The notes below the pieces were generated by a model that worked only from the letters and a program-made list of their open reading frames with translations, had not been told where the DNA came from and ran no database searches. A stretch of 59,601 nt of DNA, filler included. It is 6 parts of 6 records of this genome, joined end to end, with 100 filler letters (N's around TTAATTAATTAA, not from the genome) between each part and the next. Parts side by side here need not be neighbours in the genome. Positions count along the whole stretch, not along the records: positions 11,118 to 30,232 come from SRR2962707_583; positions 30,333 to 40,074 come from SRR2962707_585; positions 40,175 to 45,765 come from SRR2962707_589; 3 more parts are not named here. One strand, written 5' to 3'. A program made the position numbers and the translations under genes. The stretch's first letter is position 1. Every line of letters begins with the position of its first letter. Positions 29,714-40,200 of this stretch are shown here, piece by piece.

Positions 29714-29785
29714 AACCCTTGTAAAAACCGATCCGCGCGGACTGTGCCAGCGATTCGGTTAAAAGTCACGAAACGCCGGAATACG

Positions 29786-29819
29786 AAAACCCCGCCATTG
29801 GATGCCAATGACGGGGTTT
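29786..29819 (-). terminator. Intrinsic terminator after asd
   Basis: AAAACCCCGCCATTGG-atg-CCAATGACGGGGTTT. Confidence 0.75.
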
Positions 29820-29841
29820 GCTGTTTTCAGGCTCTGAGCAA

Positions 29842-30232
29842 TTACGCTTCGGCGCGTGGCTTGATCAGGCGGCGATTGACCATAAGTTCGGCAATCTGAA
29901 TGGTGTTGAGCGCCGCGCCCTTGCGCAGATTGTCCGACACGATCCAGATGTTGAGACCGTTTTCGACGGTGGCGTCCTCGCGGATGCGGGAGATGAAGGT
30001 TGCGTCTTCACCGGCGCATTCATAAGGCGTGATGTAGCCACCGTCCTCATGCTTGTCGATGACCTGACAACCGGGCGCATCGCGCAGGATGTTCCGGGCC
30101 TCCTCAGCAGTGATCTCGTTTTCAAACTCGATGTTGACCGATTCCGAATGACCAATGAACACCGGAACGCGCACGGCTGTGCAGGTGACCTTGATCTTCG
30201 GATCGAGCATCTTCTTGGTTTCGGCCAGCACC
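29842..30232 (-). CDS. asd: Aspartate-semialdehyde dehydrogenase, C-terminal fragment
   Basis: VRVPVFIGHSE and SDNLRKGAALN motifs. Confidence 0.95.
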
Positions 30233-30332
30233 NNNNNNNNNNNNNNNNNNNNNNNNNNNNNNNNNNNNNNNNNNNNTTAATTAATTAANNNNNNNNNNNN
30301 NNNNNNNNNNNNNNNNNNNNNNNNNNNNNNNN
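30233..30332. other. Artificial contig spacer (bacterial/eukaryotic boundary)
   Basis: N44-TTAATTAATTAA-N44. Confidence 0.98.
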
Positions 30333-30333
30333 C

Positions 30334-33300
30334 CACCACCACCACCACCACCATCATCATCACGGTGGCCGGCAACATCACCCAGAGCATCACAACCGGC
30401 TCGAGCGAAGGGACCAACGGCGCTCGTCAAGCCCTGTGCCACCACCTTCTTCCACGCTACCGCCTACAACCGCCTCGACTCGTCACCTCAGTGGCCCTGC
30501 GACTCACCTGCCCCCGCATCACCCACCCCCACATGCTGGAAGTGCCGGAAACGCCATGGATCGTCGTGACGGTGGATCTCGCGACAATATCAGCAGCCAA
30601 AGAGACCGCGACATGCGCCGGGGTGGCAGTATCGGGAGCGGCCGCGAGGTCCATCGGGCACCGATGGGCGTAGGATCACCCTTTTCCCCGCGACCGCCAT
30701 TGGGAGGCCCGCCTGGAATGAACCTTGGCCTTGGTTTCGGCCCACGGCCACCTCCTAACTTCAGACCTGGTGACTGGATGTGCCCGAACTGCCATGCGCA
30801 CAACTTTGCATCTCGCACGGCATGCCTGAAGTGTCATGGGCCCAAGCCTGGGCTTGGTGGTCCTCCCGGTGTCGGTAGTCGCAGTAGATCTGGCAGTATG
30901 GGACTGTCGCTCGGAATTCCTGGTAGCGGCGGAGATGCAAGGAGTTATGGCCCCGGCCTGGGGACGGCCGGGCGCGTGGGCGGCAGCTACGAAGCACCCA
31001 TCCCTGCAATGCGAGCAGGGCTGGGTGTTCCAGGATCGCTTTCGCCCCCACGCAAACGCGACCGTGATCGCGACCGGGACAGAGACCGCTTGTATCGTTC
31101 GGATCGTCGTGATAGAGACAGAGACAGAGATCGTGACAGAGCTCGTGACCGAGACAGAGACCGGGACCGAGACAGGGACCGAGATAGGGACCGAGAACGA
31201 GACAGGGACCGTGAACGTGACCGTGACCGATTCCGAAGTGACCGCGACCGAGATCGAGGCGACCGGGGAGACCGTGAGCGGCGCGGTGAGCGACGTGGCA
31301 GTCGCAAGTCACCCTCGACGTCACCACGCTCCCTTTCCTCGCGAGATGGTGGCTTTAGTGCAGCTGGCGCAGCTGACGACGATGGTGATAGCGATAGCAC
31401 CACTTCCAGCGTAGGACTTGGCCCGGCGGCTTCGTTGCCTTCAACGGCCACTCCTGTTGTTTTGGGCGCTACTGCACTTGCAACGAAGAAAAACACGTCG
31501 GCCGCATCAACTCCATTCGATCCATTCGCTGCAGCAACATCGACCGTGGCGGACATAGAGCGCGCCAGTGGTCGTGCGAAAGACGCCATTGGAACCGTGC
31601 CGACAAATAGTCTGCCCGCGACCGCTGCCGCGATTGCTACAGCTGCCTCGATAGACAGTGCGAGCACCAGCGCGAACAGCGTGGCAGCGGGAAAGCAGGT
31701 TGATGCAGATCCGACGCGGTCACTGGCTGAGAAGCCTGTGAATAGAGTAGGATGGGGCCGTGGCTTGAGCGTCGCCGCTCCCGCTTCAGATTTGGAGCAC
31801 GCCGACAAGGCCAGCATTTCCGCTGAAGAAAACACTACAGCGGCTGGAAAAGCCAGCGCTGGATCACCAAAAGAGGACGTGTCTTCGCCACGTGGGCGCA
31901 TTGGGTGGGGACTAGGTCTGGGTGCGAAGCTCAAGGCAAAAGCTGTTGGTGTCGACGAAAGTGTATCGCCCAATGCCGCGGCCACGTCGAGCGCCGCAAC
32001 TAATAATAGCGATGCGACGACGATGCCCGTTCCCAAGGCGCCGCTGCCAACCACCTCGCCTCGTCCTCGCGTGGGCTGGGGACGGGGTCTGGGAATCAAA
32101 CTGAAAGCAGAAGCCGCCGCAGCAACTCCAGCACACAAGGCGGCTGATGCAGTAGCAGATCAACACCAGCGACACAACGAGGAGGGCGATGAGCCCGGTC
32201 TCGCTCCAAAGAGTGACAAAAAAAAGAAGAAGCTCGGCTGGGGTTTGGGTTTGTCGCCCAGGCTCCGAGTCAAGCGCAAAGCGGACGATGCAGACCTCGC
32301 TAGTGCAGTGACTTCGACAACTGAAGCCCCCCGTCCAGACATCAGTCCTAGCCGTGCAGAGGCACGGCACAAAAAGCCGCGAGAGTCGACAATCGACGGT
32401 GCGGACATGTCACTTCCCAAGGGCGAAGAAGCATTGACCATTGATTCTCCTGTCCTAAACACTGAGCCTAGCCCAGGAAGAAAACCTCCTCGCCTGGGGA
32501 TGGCAGACGTGCTTGCCTCCAAGGCGACTGCTGAGAAGCGATTAGGCCACAACGATGCCGACAAAGACGACGACGACAATGATGAGACACAGCGTGGATC
32601 GGCGACCGGGCATGGATCACGCGAATTTTCAACTGCGCCAAGCAGTGCGGGAAGCGATGGAGTTTCGCCTTCGTCATCGGACATTTCGCCAGCCGGGCTG
32701 CTCGGTACCCCGTCCAAAGCGTTGGGTCGAAAGCAATTGTCTTCGAAAACGAGTGGCAAATTGCAGGGCAGCGCACTCAACCGACCGGCCAAACGTGGCC
32801 GTCCGAGAAGCCGCAGTATGACCAAAGGTAGCAACAGCAACAGCCCTACCAACAGTCAACAAGGAACACCGCACCCACTTCGTCGAGCCCGCTTACCGCG
32901 TGTTTGGCGATTGCCGCGCGGTGCTACCCACCCCGACCAAAACTTCTTCAACAAAGGGGGCCTCGATGCCGCGTTGCGCAACGAGCTAGATGAAGGAGGC
33001 CCGCCCCTTGCAGAGCGATTGGCGATTTTGTGCAACGTACCACTGGAGAAAGCGTGGCAGCGGGACTTACGCAAGTGCTTGGTTCAAGCTTTGGAAAGCG
33101 TTGACAGTCAGTTGGACGTTGTGTGTGATGAAATCGAAGAGGCGGCTCGAGTTTATCATGCGTTGGGCCGCAAAGAGCATCTTCTCCAACTGCAGTACTG
33201 TCAGGCACGACTGGATGAGGTGCTTCCTGCTATATTTCCTCTTCATCAATTGGAAAAAGCCGTCGAGACGCTGTCAGCTGCCAATCGAGCAAAGTTCAAC

Positions 33301-35721
33301 ACCATTTACGACGAAAACGAGGCCGTTGCGTTCAGGGCTGATGCCAACGCTCGGTCCATGATTGTTGCAACGCCTTCCCCGCAGGGTGAAAACATCGTTG
33401 CTGCCGACGAACATGCCCAAGTTGCCCACGACACCGCGGACTCAACCAAACAATCCGCGAATGAAGCGCTGAACGCGAACGAATTAGCCCTTCCTGCTCG
33501 CGATACTCGCACACGCGATTCGATCTGTCGGCTCCTAGCCTGCACCAGACATAAATTCAAGGCCAACCGTACCCACATCATGCTGTTCCTGCAGCGCGAG
33601 AAGCAGGCTTTGGACGAGGAAATTGCTGCCAAGGCCGATGAATTCGTCCGCCGCCGTCGTGAGTGGCAATTGGCTCGCCACCGCGCATCCGGTGATGCTA
33701 CTCAGGATGCCGCACGAAGGAAAAAAATGCGAGCAGGCACTGCCAGTGAGGCTGAGGGCCAACTTGCACCAGACAATGATACCACCGTGAACAGTGCCAT
33801 TGTCAAGGGTGGGGTAGAAACATCCACGCCAACAAACCCTGAAGTTGGTTCGCCAACTGCCGCTGCATCCACTGAGAGCAATTCAACTAGCGCCTCCGCC
33901 AACTCCGAGAATGGGGCGCCGCATCGTCAGCAAGGTGAGCGCACTTCCCCTCGCTTCGAAGGACACAAGCCCAAGGACCACGGTCTTGGATTGAATTTAC
34001 CAGCCAATGTGGAGGCAGCCCAACGCCACGCCCTGCAGCAGGCAGAACAGCAGCGTCAAATGGATCAGGAGAAGCAACGCATGAAGTTTCTGCGCACGCT
34101 TGCTGTAGTCCCGTCAATGATGATGACTTCTCGGCAGCGCCAAGTCGCGTACTCGTACCGCTCAGTGCACAGGCGACTAACCACTGACGGGCTCCCCATG
34201 CGCTGTGCTGACTTACATCCGGCACTCCCTTGTGAATCTGCTCCGGCCAACCGTGCGCGACTCGCTGGCGATGTTGCTCCACCTAGTGGTGACGATATTG
34301 ACGGTGCGAACATCAAAATAGAGATGGCTCCGCCGCGGAACGCCGTCGTTGCTGGGGCCGGCGGGTTGCACGTTTGCAACTGCCCGCTTGCAATTGATGA
34401 GGCACGGTTGGTCAGCAAACCGTGGTCCGACATGGAGAAGCTGATCTTTGTTCACATGTTTTTGAAATACCCCAAAGATTTCCGAAAGGTCGCTGAGTTC
34501 CTTGAAAACCGTACCGCTCGAGAATGTGTCGCATTTTACTACGACACCAAGTTTCAAATTCCGTACGTGCCGCGTGTTGTGCGGGTGTGCTGGTCTCTGC
34601 GCGTGTTTCCAAACTGTTGCATCACGTTTTGTCGGAAACTTTCCAATTTGTTGCTCAGGTATAAACTTTTGCTCGAAGAACAGCAGAGCAGGCGCAAAGA
34701 AACTCGCAATGCATGGGCCATTGCCAACAAGACCCTTGACCTCATTCTTGCGCGACCTTCAGTGCACTCAACGATCAACCTTCCAGAGGGCTATGGCCTT
34801 GATCCTGCCGACTTCAGCAGCTCAGATGGCGAGGAAGACGGTGACGATGATGCTGGATCTGGCGGAGCTGGATTGAAGAAGGAGGCTGTGGAGTACGATG
34901 ACGGCAGTGCACTTGGCCGCTATGCGGATCCGCCGACCACGGACGGCCTGCGTGACGAGACTTTCCGCTCCCACAGTCTTTTGTACAGTACACACCGCAG
35001 CTTGAACGGTGTTCAACGTCGACCGCGTCTCATTTCCCGTCGTCGCCATCGCAAGCAGCAAAAAGCAGCACAGCGCCGCCGTGAGAAGCTCGCTCGTGGA
35101 GAAAATCCATCGACATCGGGAGAAGACGATGATGACGATGATGATGACAACCCAAACCCGATTTCAGCGGAACTGCGCAAGCGTCGTCGCCAAAGTGCCG
35201 CAGCTGCGCGAGCTCGGGCGCGCAAAGCCAACGCCAAGGGACGACCAGGCAAAAAAGTCACTAAGAAATCTGCTGCCAAGATCGCAAAAAAGCGCAAGAA
35301 GAACGTCACCAAAGGAACTCCCAAGAAGCCTCGTGGGCGCCCTGCTTCTGGAACCGCCAAATCAAGGTCATCCAAGGCTAAGTCGCAGGGAAGCAAAGAT
35401 CGGGATGTCAGCAAGGACAATCAGAAACCAGTTTTAAGCGGAAAATCAGGCAGCTCCGAATCTGAAGTTGCTGGTGCCGCCACAGAGCATAGGCGTGCAC
35501 TCCAAAAATGGACTGACGCCGAGAAGCGGACCTACGTGAGTCGATTCGCATCCCTTGGCAAGAATTGGGAAAAGCTGGCCATAGAAATTCCTTCAAAAAC
35601 TGTGGCCCAAATCAAGAACTTTTATCAGAACTACAAGAGCCGTTACGGCCTGGACAAAGTCGCGGCCCGCCTTGCCGCAGCCAAGTCGGATGTGGCCGGC
35701 CCTGAATCTGGTCCTCAATAA
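30334..35721 (+). CDS. NCoR/SMRT/POWERDRESS-like double-SANT protein with RanBP2-type zinc finger, RD repeat and AT-hooks; 5'-truncated, one intron (34563-34658)
   Basis: The frame is open from the contig start (poly-His). ZnF GDWMCPNCHAHNFASRTACLKC; SANT1 WSDMEKLIF..FLKYPKDFRKVAEFLENRTARECVAFYY; SANT2 WTDAEK..GKNW..KTVAQIKNFYQNYK; KRGRPR and KPRGRP hooks. Confidence 0.85.
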   Translation, partial: HHHHHHHHHHGGRQHHPEHHNRLERRDQRRSSSPVPPPSSTLPPTTASTRHLSGPATHLPPHHPPPHAGSAGNAMDRRDGGSRDNISSQRDRDMRRGGSIGSGREVHRAPMGVGSPFSPRPPLGGPPGMNLGLGFGPRPPPNFRPGDWMCPNCHAHNFASRTACLKCHGPKPGLGGPPGVGSRSRSGSMGLSLGIPGSGGDARSYGPGLGTAGRVGGSYEAPIPAMRAGLGVPGSLSPPRKRDRDRDRDRDRLYRSDRRDRDRDRDRDRARDRDRDRDRDRDRDRDRERDRDRERDRDRFRSDRDRDRGDRGDRERRGERRGSRKSPSTSPRSLSSRDGGFSAAGAADDDGDSDSTTSSVGLGPAASLPSTATPVVLGATALATKKNTSAASTPFDPFAAATSTVADIERASGRAKDAIGTVPTNSLPATAAAIATAASIDSASTSANSVAAGKQVDADPTRSLAEKPVNRVGWGRGLSVAAPASDLEHADKASISAEENTTAAGKASAGSPKEDVSSPRGRIGWGLGLGAKLKAKAVGVDESVSPNAAATSSAATNNSDATTMPVPKAPLPTTSPRPRVGWGRGLGIKLKAEAAAATPAHKAADAVADQHQRHNEEGDEPGLAPKSDKKKKKLGWGLGLSPRLRVKRKADDADLASAVTSTTEAPRPDISPSRAEARHKKPRESTIDGADMSLPKGEEALTIDSPVLNTEPSPGRKPPRLGMADVLASKATAEKRLGHNDADKDDDDNDETQRGSATGHGSREFSTAPSSAGSDGVSPSSSDISPAGLLGTPSKALGRKQLSSKTSGKLQGSALNRPAKRGRPRSRSMTKGSNSNSPTNSQQGTPHPLRRARLPRVWRLPRGATHPDQNFFNKGGLDAALRNELDEGGPPLAERLAILCNVPLEKAWQRDLRKCLVQALESVDSQLDVVCDEIEEAARVYHALGRKEHLLQLQYCQARLDEVLPAIFPLHQLEKAVETLSAANRAKFNTIYDENEAVAFRADANARSMIVATPSPQGENIVAADEHAQVAHDTADSTKQSANEALNANELALPARDTRTRDSICRLLACTRHKFKANRTHIMLFLQREKQALDEEIAAKADEFVRRRREWQLARHRASGDATQDAARRKKMRAGTASEAEGQLAPDNDTTVNSAIVKGGVETSTPTNPEVGSPTAAASTESNSTSASANSENGAPHRQQGERTSPRFEGHKPKDHGLGLNLPANVEAAQRHALQQAEQQRQMDQEKQRMKFLRTLAVVPSMMMTSRQRQVAYSYRSVHRRLTTDGLPMRCADLHPALPCESAPANRARLAGDVAPPSGDDIDGANIKIEMAPPRNAVVAGAGGLHVCNCPLAIDEARLVSKPWSDMEKLIFVHMFLKYPKDFRKVAEFLENRTARECVAFYYDTKFQIPYVPRVVRVCWSLRVFPNCCITFCRKLSNLLLRYKLLLEEQQSRRKETRNAWAIANKTLDLILARPSVHSTINLPEGYGLDPADFSSSDGEEDGDDDAGSGGAGLKKEAVEYDDGSALGRYADPPTTDGLRDETFRSHSLLYSTHRSLNGVQRRPRLISRRRHRKQQKAAQRRREKLARGENPSTSGEDDDDDDDDNPNPISAELRKRRRQSAAAARARARKANAKGRPGKKVTKKSAAKIAKKRKKNVTKGTPKKPRGRPASGTAKSRSSKAKSQGSKDRDVSKDNQKPVLSGKSGSSESEVAGAATEHRRALQKWTDAEKRTYVSRFASLGKNWEKLAIEIPSKTVAQIKNFYQNYKSRYGLDKVAARLAAAKSDVAGPESGPQ
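31057..31280 (+). repeat. Coding Arg-Asp/Glu dipeptide repeat (GACCGA/GACAGA/GACCGT units)
   Basis: Translates as (RD)n with RE variants. Confidence 0.9.
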
Positions 35722-35802
35722 AGTGATTGGGATGGGCGTCCACCAAAGTTTGAATAAAATTAGTGCACCAGTATATATTCTCCATCGATGTCCTGTTCAG
35801 AC

Positions 35803-38800
35803 CTAGACTTGACCGTCCGCCCAAGGCTCTGCATCGAACAGGATGGGGTCAACACGGCCTCCGACACGGTTCAAAAGACTAGAGACCTCACTCATTCGTG
35901 TGCTGTTCGCTGCACTTGCTGTTGACCTTCCGTGCTCCTCAGGTTCATCGAACTGTCGTGCATGACGCCACGGGGAGTTTTCGCGACCGTCAATGTCTTC
36001 GTCGCCACTATGCAGCCCCAGACTGATACCACTGCCATAGAAAGACGCATCGACCACCGTACTTGTATCATCTAGCCCAAGCTCGGCACCAAGATCGTAG
36101 CTTTCGTGTTCCTCACTCAGCGCTGGTGCTGGCGGCGAAAAGCCTTCCCGATGACCAAAAGGAACAGGAATCGTTGGAGTTTGCCCTTCCCGCTGCACTG
36201 TCCGCGCATCAGCCACGTGCTGTCGATCACCACTGCCTTCGTTTTCATTTTCATCGGTGGAATCGCCGACTTCCTCCTCCATCGCTTCTTCTCCTGAGTC
36301 AATTACATCATCCCACTGAAAGGAATGTTTGGCCGTGTCCCCAACTCTGAAAGGTGATGGTACTTGAGCCGCTTTTCCGCGCCATCGCTCGGCACCAAGA
36401 TGAGCTTGCTGGCTATGAACCCGCTGAACTTCGGCCTGGACACGTTTCACCATTTTGCGTGCTTCCCGTAATGCCTCCTTCTGAGCGTGGGCTTTTTTCT
36501 CCAGTCGCTCAATCTCTTTGGCATGCGCAGCTTCAGCTGCAGCCTCGATTTCTTGCACATGTCGCCGTGCTGCTGCGGAGGCTTCCACTTGAGCAACATC
36601 ATTGCGTTGCAGTGTGTCACGGAGGGCCTGTATCATGCATGCATCGCGTGAGAATGTTGTTGCAGGCTTCTTTTCTCAAACGCCCATCGATCAGACATGG
36701 CACAAGACATCCAAGTTACCTGAATCTCGCCATCTCGAAACTTGGTGGCTGCCCGCAATTCTGAAGCAATTTCACTTGCACGACTCTCCAGAGCCCGCGT
36801 TTCTCGGTGGGCCACCTCTTGGGCGACCTGTGCTTCCGCCTGGGCTGCAGCAAGATCTCCTCTCAACTGAGCAGCCTCTTGCAAAGCTTCATCAGCTATA
36901 CAAAGTCAAGTCACAAAACAGAACAGTTGCAACTTCAGAGTCAACAAAGACTGCATACAAACAGCAAATGACAAAAACTGAAACCAAACAAAACACACCG
37001 GCTGTACGAAGGGCATCCTCAATTTCCTTCTGAAACGTATGGCGCGCGGCTTCAGCTTGTTGTCGGTGTATTTCCCGCGCGTGGTGCAACTGTGCCTCGT
37101 GCTCACGCCGCAAAGTTTGCTGCTCGGCTTGACTGTGCAAGGCCGCACGATGAGCTGCTGCCCTAGCCGCTTTCTCCACATCCAGTTGCTGCTGCAGCGC
37201 CGCTGCCTCAACTTCCAAGTTTGCTAAAGCTGCTTTTGATGCGCACCAATCATGATGAATTTGCTGTTGATTTGTTTCGAGCGCCAAACGTGCTGCCTCT
37301 GCTCCAGCAGCTTTGCGAGCCGCTTCATTCCGCGCAGTTGTGAGTCGCTCAACTTTGCTATTGTGTCCTGCAAGTGCCCCTTCCAAAGTTCCGCACTCGG
37401 CTTCTGCCTCTGCGACTGCCTCTTGTGCCCAGCACAACTGCCGCTGAAGCGTCGAAATTTCCGCAACGTTTGCCCCAGCCTCGGCAGCATGCTCTCTTGC
37501 GGCCTCCATCAAGCGCTGATTTGCTAGCTCAAGTGCAGAGTCAGCCGCTTGCTGCTGCTTTTTCTGCTGCTCGACAGCGGTCGCCTCAAGCTCTGCTGCA
37601 AGTGCTACTGCAGCGGCTTTTTCTGCTTGAACAGCTCGCTTTTTTGCGTGCTCAAGCGCTTGCAGCATTTCACGGTCAACTTGTATCTGTTGTTGGAGCG
37701 ACTCCACTTTTGATTGAAGCTCTTGGGCATGTTCAAGCGCGTCACTGAGTTGGCTGTCCTTGGATTCCAACGTTGTAATCAAATTCCGCAGTTGCTCAGC
37801 AGCCTCCTGTTGAAGTTGTGCGTCATGGCTTTGTGTTGCCTTGGAAGTTTGCTCGGCCTTTTGAAGGCGAAGTTGAAGGTCTTGTTTTTCTTCATGCGCT
37901 TGTACAAGGTCCAGCGCAAGTGCAGGCAGTGTGCTCGGGTTTGACGATTCGACCACCCTCGAAGAGTCATTGCAGCGACTGTCTCTGTACTTGGTCGACG
38001 CACCGTTGCCTTGGGTGTGGTGCAGTTTTCTGACCATGCTTAGGACCACATTATTCACCTTGTTCGAGGTACTTATCGTGTGAGCACGATTGCGCTGCAC
38101 TTGGCAAAGGCATTCACACACCAGATCCATTGTGTTGGCAATATCTCTTGCATTTGGTGTTTTCTGTGCTTTGACTGCGACCCCTCCATTGCTGAGAACT
38201 GCATTAGATTCCGCCAATGATTGAGTCACGCGCAACGACTTCTCTATAATTTCCGTCCTATCCATGCAGCGACTTGTTTGTTGGAGCAGTTCTCGTTCCA
38301 CCTTGGAATCAATTTCGATGTGTTCAACAAGTCTTGGGCTTCGTCGAGACACGGCCGCCACAAGAGCAATCTTTTCGCGGTGTTGTTGTTGTATCTGTCT
38401 GTGCTGATCGACAAGAACTTTGTTTACAGCAGAAAGGCACTCTTGCATCCGTGCGGAGAAACTTTGGAGCATGCTGCCGACGAAGGATTGGATCCTTTCG
38501 ACGTCTTGCAAACGGGCACTGTTTGCCTCTGCAGTCACTTTTGCCGCCATTCCGGCTTGTTTTTCTGCGTTATGCTTTGCTTGTGTCAACTGTTCGTGGG
38601 ATAACTTGGCCAGTGAGAGCGCTGCTCTTACACCGTCCCAAGCATCCTCTCCATCTTGATCAATGACACTGAACCGACTGCGCTCCAAATCATCCGCACG
38701 CTGCAAGCGAACGGCCTCTGCCGCAGAAATCAATGAGCTTCTATTGCCATCGTTTCTTTCTGGCTGTTTTTCTTCATTGTGATGACGCGAGTGCGCGTCC

Positions 38801-39660
38801 ACCGTGGAGCTGCTGCGGCCAACAACATCACCACTGTTCACAAAGCGCACTGTAACGGTTTCAGGATCCTGTGTTGCTGCAATGTACTGCTGCTGCAGCT
38901 GAGTGTGTGTCTTTTTCAAATCTCCAAGCATTTTTGAATAGCGTGCAACAACGTGATCAAGATCACGGTCATGCTGCTTGTCTCGCTCGGCCAGTCGTTC
39001 CTGTCGATCTCGACTCACAAAATCCACACGCTGCTCCAAAAGCTCGATCTTTGCATTTGCTGCCCGAACTTGTTCTAGAGCAGCGCTTGCTTCGGCTCGC
39101 TGCTGTGCGAATTCTTTTTGGGAAAGTGCTTGGTCTTGCACCATTCGGTCAAAGCGGGCTTGAAGATCTGCCAGCTTTGAAGTCGCTTCAGCAGCTCGCT
39201 CTTCGGCCGTCAGAACGGCCTGGAGGGCTTGCTGCTGCTCGTTTGCACACCGCTGTCTTTCTAGCTCCACTTGCAATAGATGTGTCTGACGCACCTGCTC
39301 GACGTGTTTCTGCAAATACTCATTCGCAGGTGTAGCATTCCGCGCCAAAATCGCTTGGAGCTCGTATACTTCTTCCTCGAGTGCCGTGACTTTCACCCTC
39401 AGACGGAGTGCTTCTGACTTGTAGTCAGTCTTGCTCTTGCTGGAAAAGAGGCTGTCGTCGGAAGTCGAGTTGGAGACGTCAATTTCCGAGTTGTCAAGCG
39501 CGGTGTCTCCTGTTAGAGGAGGCAAGTTGTCTGTCTTGATCGAAAAATTGATCCCAGCTGCGAACTCTTTGGCCGCCTGGTTGAGGCGCCGCACTTCATC
39601 TGGGTCCAGGAGACTGTTCAACACGCTGCTGTTGTGGTTGTTGTTGTGAGCTTCAGACAT
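35803..39660 (-). CDS. Long coiled-coil protein, three exons (39660-36999, 36895-36720, 36627-35803), about 1220 aa
   Basis: GT-AG introns 36998-36896 and 36719-36628 join three track ORFs in frame. The sequence is heptad-like and rich in A/E/Q/L. Confidence 0.7.
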
Positions 39661-40037
39661 CTCTCCGCAAGCACGTGCTGCTACCACTTACAGCAGCTGG
39701 TGACTGTTGAGTACAAAAGACAAGCGCCAGTTTTTGCCTGTGGTTCACACCCTCACCTTGGTCCAGCCCACTCGGCAGCCGCTCAAATGGCGCATTGCTT
39801 CTGCGCACCCCACTGGGCACAATCGCACACCCCAAAAATCAACACAAACTTCAACAACTTGTGGAAAAGGAAAGGAATTTTTTGGAGGGGTGGTATCCAA
39901 ACCTCGTCAACTAGCACCACAGCCGCGACAGACTGCCCCAGCCCAGCAAATGTGTAGGCGTACATGTGCGTGTGTAGGCGTACTGTGCTTGTGTGTGGAT
40001 GGCATGTTAGTGCCCGCACCGAGCAGCTGACTCTGAA

Positions 40038-40074
40038 GTGAGAAAGTGAGTGAGTGAGTTCGTGAGTGCGTGAG
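40038..40074. repeat. Degenerate (GTGA)n microsatellite at the contig end
   Basis: GTGAGAAAGTGAGTGAGTGAGTTCGTGAGTGCGTGAG. Confidence 0.85.
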
Positions 40075-40174
40075 NNNNNNNNNNNNNNNNNNNNNNNNNN
40101 NNNNNNNNNNNNNNNNNNTTAATTAATTAANNNNNNNNNNNNNNNNNNNNNNNNNNNNNNNNNNNNNNNNNNNN
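40075..40174. other. Artificial contig spacer
   Basis: N44-TTAATTAATTAA-N44. Confidence 0.98.
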
Positions 40175-40200
40175 AGTGAGTGAGTGAGTGAGTGACTGAG
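40175..40200. repeat. (GTGA)n microsatellite at the contig start
   Basis: AGTGAGTGAGTGAGTGAGTGACTGAG. Confidence 0.85.

Noticed and set aside
30233..30332. Bacterium-to-eukaryote horizontal transfer junction
   Set aside because: The boundary is an artificial spacer, and asd is simply truncated.
31057..31280. CRISPR-like or telomeric repeat
   Set aside because: 6-nt coding RD units with no spacers.
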